A program made the translations under genes and the position numbers. A model generated the notes under the pieces. It was not told the DNA's origin. It was given only the letters and a program-made list of their open reading frames with translations, and did no database searches. From an uncultured delta proteobacterium (GTDB lineage: Bacteria; Desulfobacterota; Binatia; UBA9968), in contig CAWFJP010000018.1 of NCBI GenBank assembly GCA_963816145.1, forward strand, positions 128,001 through 192,000: a DNA stretch of 64,000 nucleotides, written 5' to 3'. Of the stretch, positions 63,055-64,000 are shown in pieces; positions within the stretch are counted from its first letter, which is position 1; each line of letters starts with the position of its first letter.

Positions 63055-63333
63055 ATGATGACTGACCAACAATTGATATCTCGGGTGCGAGTCGATCCCG
63101 AGATCTGCTCGGGCCGCCCTTACATTCGCGGTACGAGAATTCAGATCGCAGTCATTCTTGACGCCCTCAGCGGGGGCTTGTCGCCGCGAGAAGTCCTCGA
63201 TCACTACCCCGATCTGGATGCCGACGACCTTCGCGCCGCGGTCGCCTACGCCTGCAAGCTCGCTCGAGAGAATGGCGGTTTGGCGGTGCTTGACCCGCGA
63301 CGCGGTATCAAAGAGAGTTTTCAGCTAAGATGA
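63055..63333 (+). CDS. DUF433 domain protein
   Basis: DPEICSGRPYIRGTRI, YPDL..DDLRAAVAY. Confidence 0.88.
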   Translation: MMTDQQLISRVRVDPEICSGRPYIRGTRIQIAVILDALSGGLSPREVLDHYPDLDADDLRAAVAYACKLARENGGLAVLDPRRGIKESFQLR

Positions 63334-64000
63334 CATGAATCGCGGTGGGCTCTAGCGAAGCCGTCACCGCGCATCCCTCGCTCAAGGCCGCAGACTGACA
63401 GCGCGCCGATTCTGCCGAGCCGACTAGCGAGAAGCCGGTGCAATCGACGACAATCTGGCTGTCTGCTTGGGCGCAAAACACTTCCCGGATTTTTCCCTCG
63501 AATCGAATCGGCCTCTCCTGGCTTGGCACGCCAGCCGCGACCTGCACGTTATTGGCGCGGAAACAAAGAATCACCTTCGCACCCACCGCGTAGCTTCCCG
63601 ATATCACAATGCTTTGGCCGCCGACCGCAACTCTCGATATCGCACCGTTCGAGGCTTCAACAACGCCGGCGAGACGATTTTCAATGCCGATAATGGCGGC
63701 GACTAGATCGTTTAGGGGACGATGGAAAATTTCCTCGCGGCTACCGAATTGCACGATGCGGCCGCGATCCAACACCGCGACGCGCTTGGCGAGCGCGAAA
63801 GCTTCGTGGCGATCATGGGTAACCAAAATTACCGTCACGCCCAGACCCTTCACGGTGCGATAAAAATCCCGTAGCAAGGCCTCCCGGCTGGTGGGGTCCA
63901 ATGCAGCGAACGGTTCATCGAGGAGCAGCAAGTCGGGCTCTAGTACCAACGCGCGGGCTAGGCTAGCGCGTTGCGCTTCGCCGCCGGATAAAGTTCGCGC
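63308..64000 (-). CDS. ABC ATP-binding protein with TOBE domain (molybdate/tungstate-like), 5' end outside window
   Basis: LSGGEAQRASLARALVLEPDLLLLDEP, VTHD, C-terminal TOBE-like domain. Confidence 0.85.
   Translation of the reverse strand, partial: ARTLSGGEAQRASLARALVLEPDLLLLDEPFAALDPTSREALLRDFYRTVKGLGVTVILVTHDRHEAFALAKRVAVLDRGRIVQFGSREEIFHRPLNDLVAAIIGIENRLAGVVEASNGAISRVAVGGQSIVISGSYAVGAKVILCFRANNVQVAAGVPSQERPIRFEGKIREVFCAQADSQIVVDCTGFSLVGSAESARCQSAALSEGCAVTASLEPTAIHVILAENSL

Overview
GC-rich bacterial chromosome segment. The gene mix (NMT1-type and other solute-binding proteins, UbiD, Rieske oxygenase, amidohydrolase, LLM, CofH, ccsA-hemACDB) suggests a deltaproteobacterial/Binatia-like organism; this is inference only. 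Most of the window is housekeeping and catabolic genes: lgt, dtd, trmL, rpoH-like, rpoZ, hemA/C/D/B, aspS, hisS, pdxH, cofH and ABC transporters. Main observations: (1) Two probable selenoprotein genes are split by the ORF track, each with an in-frame TGA at the catalytic Cys position and a SECIS-like hairpin just downstream. One is an exported peroxiredoxin-like protein in an ECF sigma/anti-sigma-CHRD-cytochrome c' module (23.7-28.5 kb); the other is a glutathione S-transferase (39.2 kb). (2) At 0.2-6 kb, a polar array of ~9-bp-period GTTC(C/A)A repeats separates intact and truncated toxin-antitoxin and ORF6N-like cassettes. The same unit forms two-armed 'empty' palindromes at 13.7 and 39.0 kb. 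(3) Several families of intergenic palindromes occur, including a nested composite element present twice in inverted orientation. (4) Six genes are broken by apparent single-base insertions, probably sequencing error. (5) There are two unannotated ~44-aa ORFs. No rRNA, tRNA, CRISPR array, integrase or transposase was recognised.
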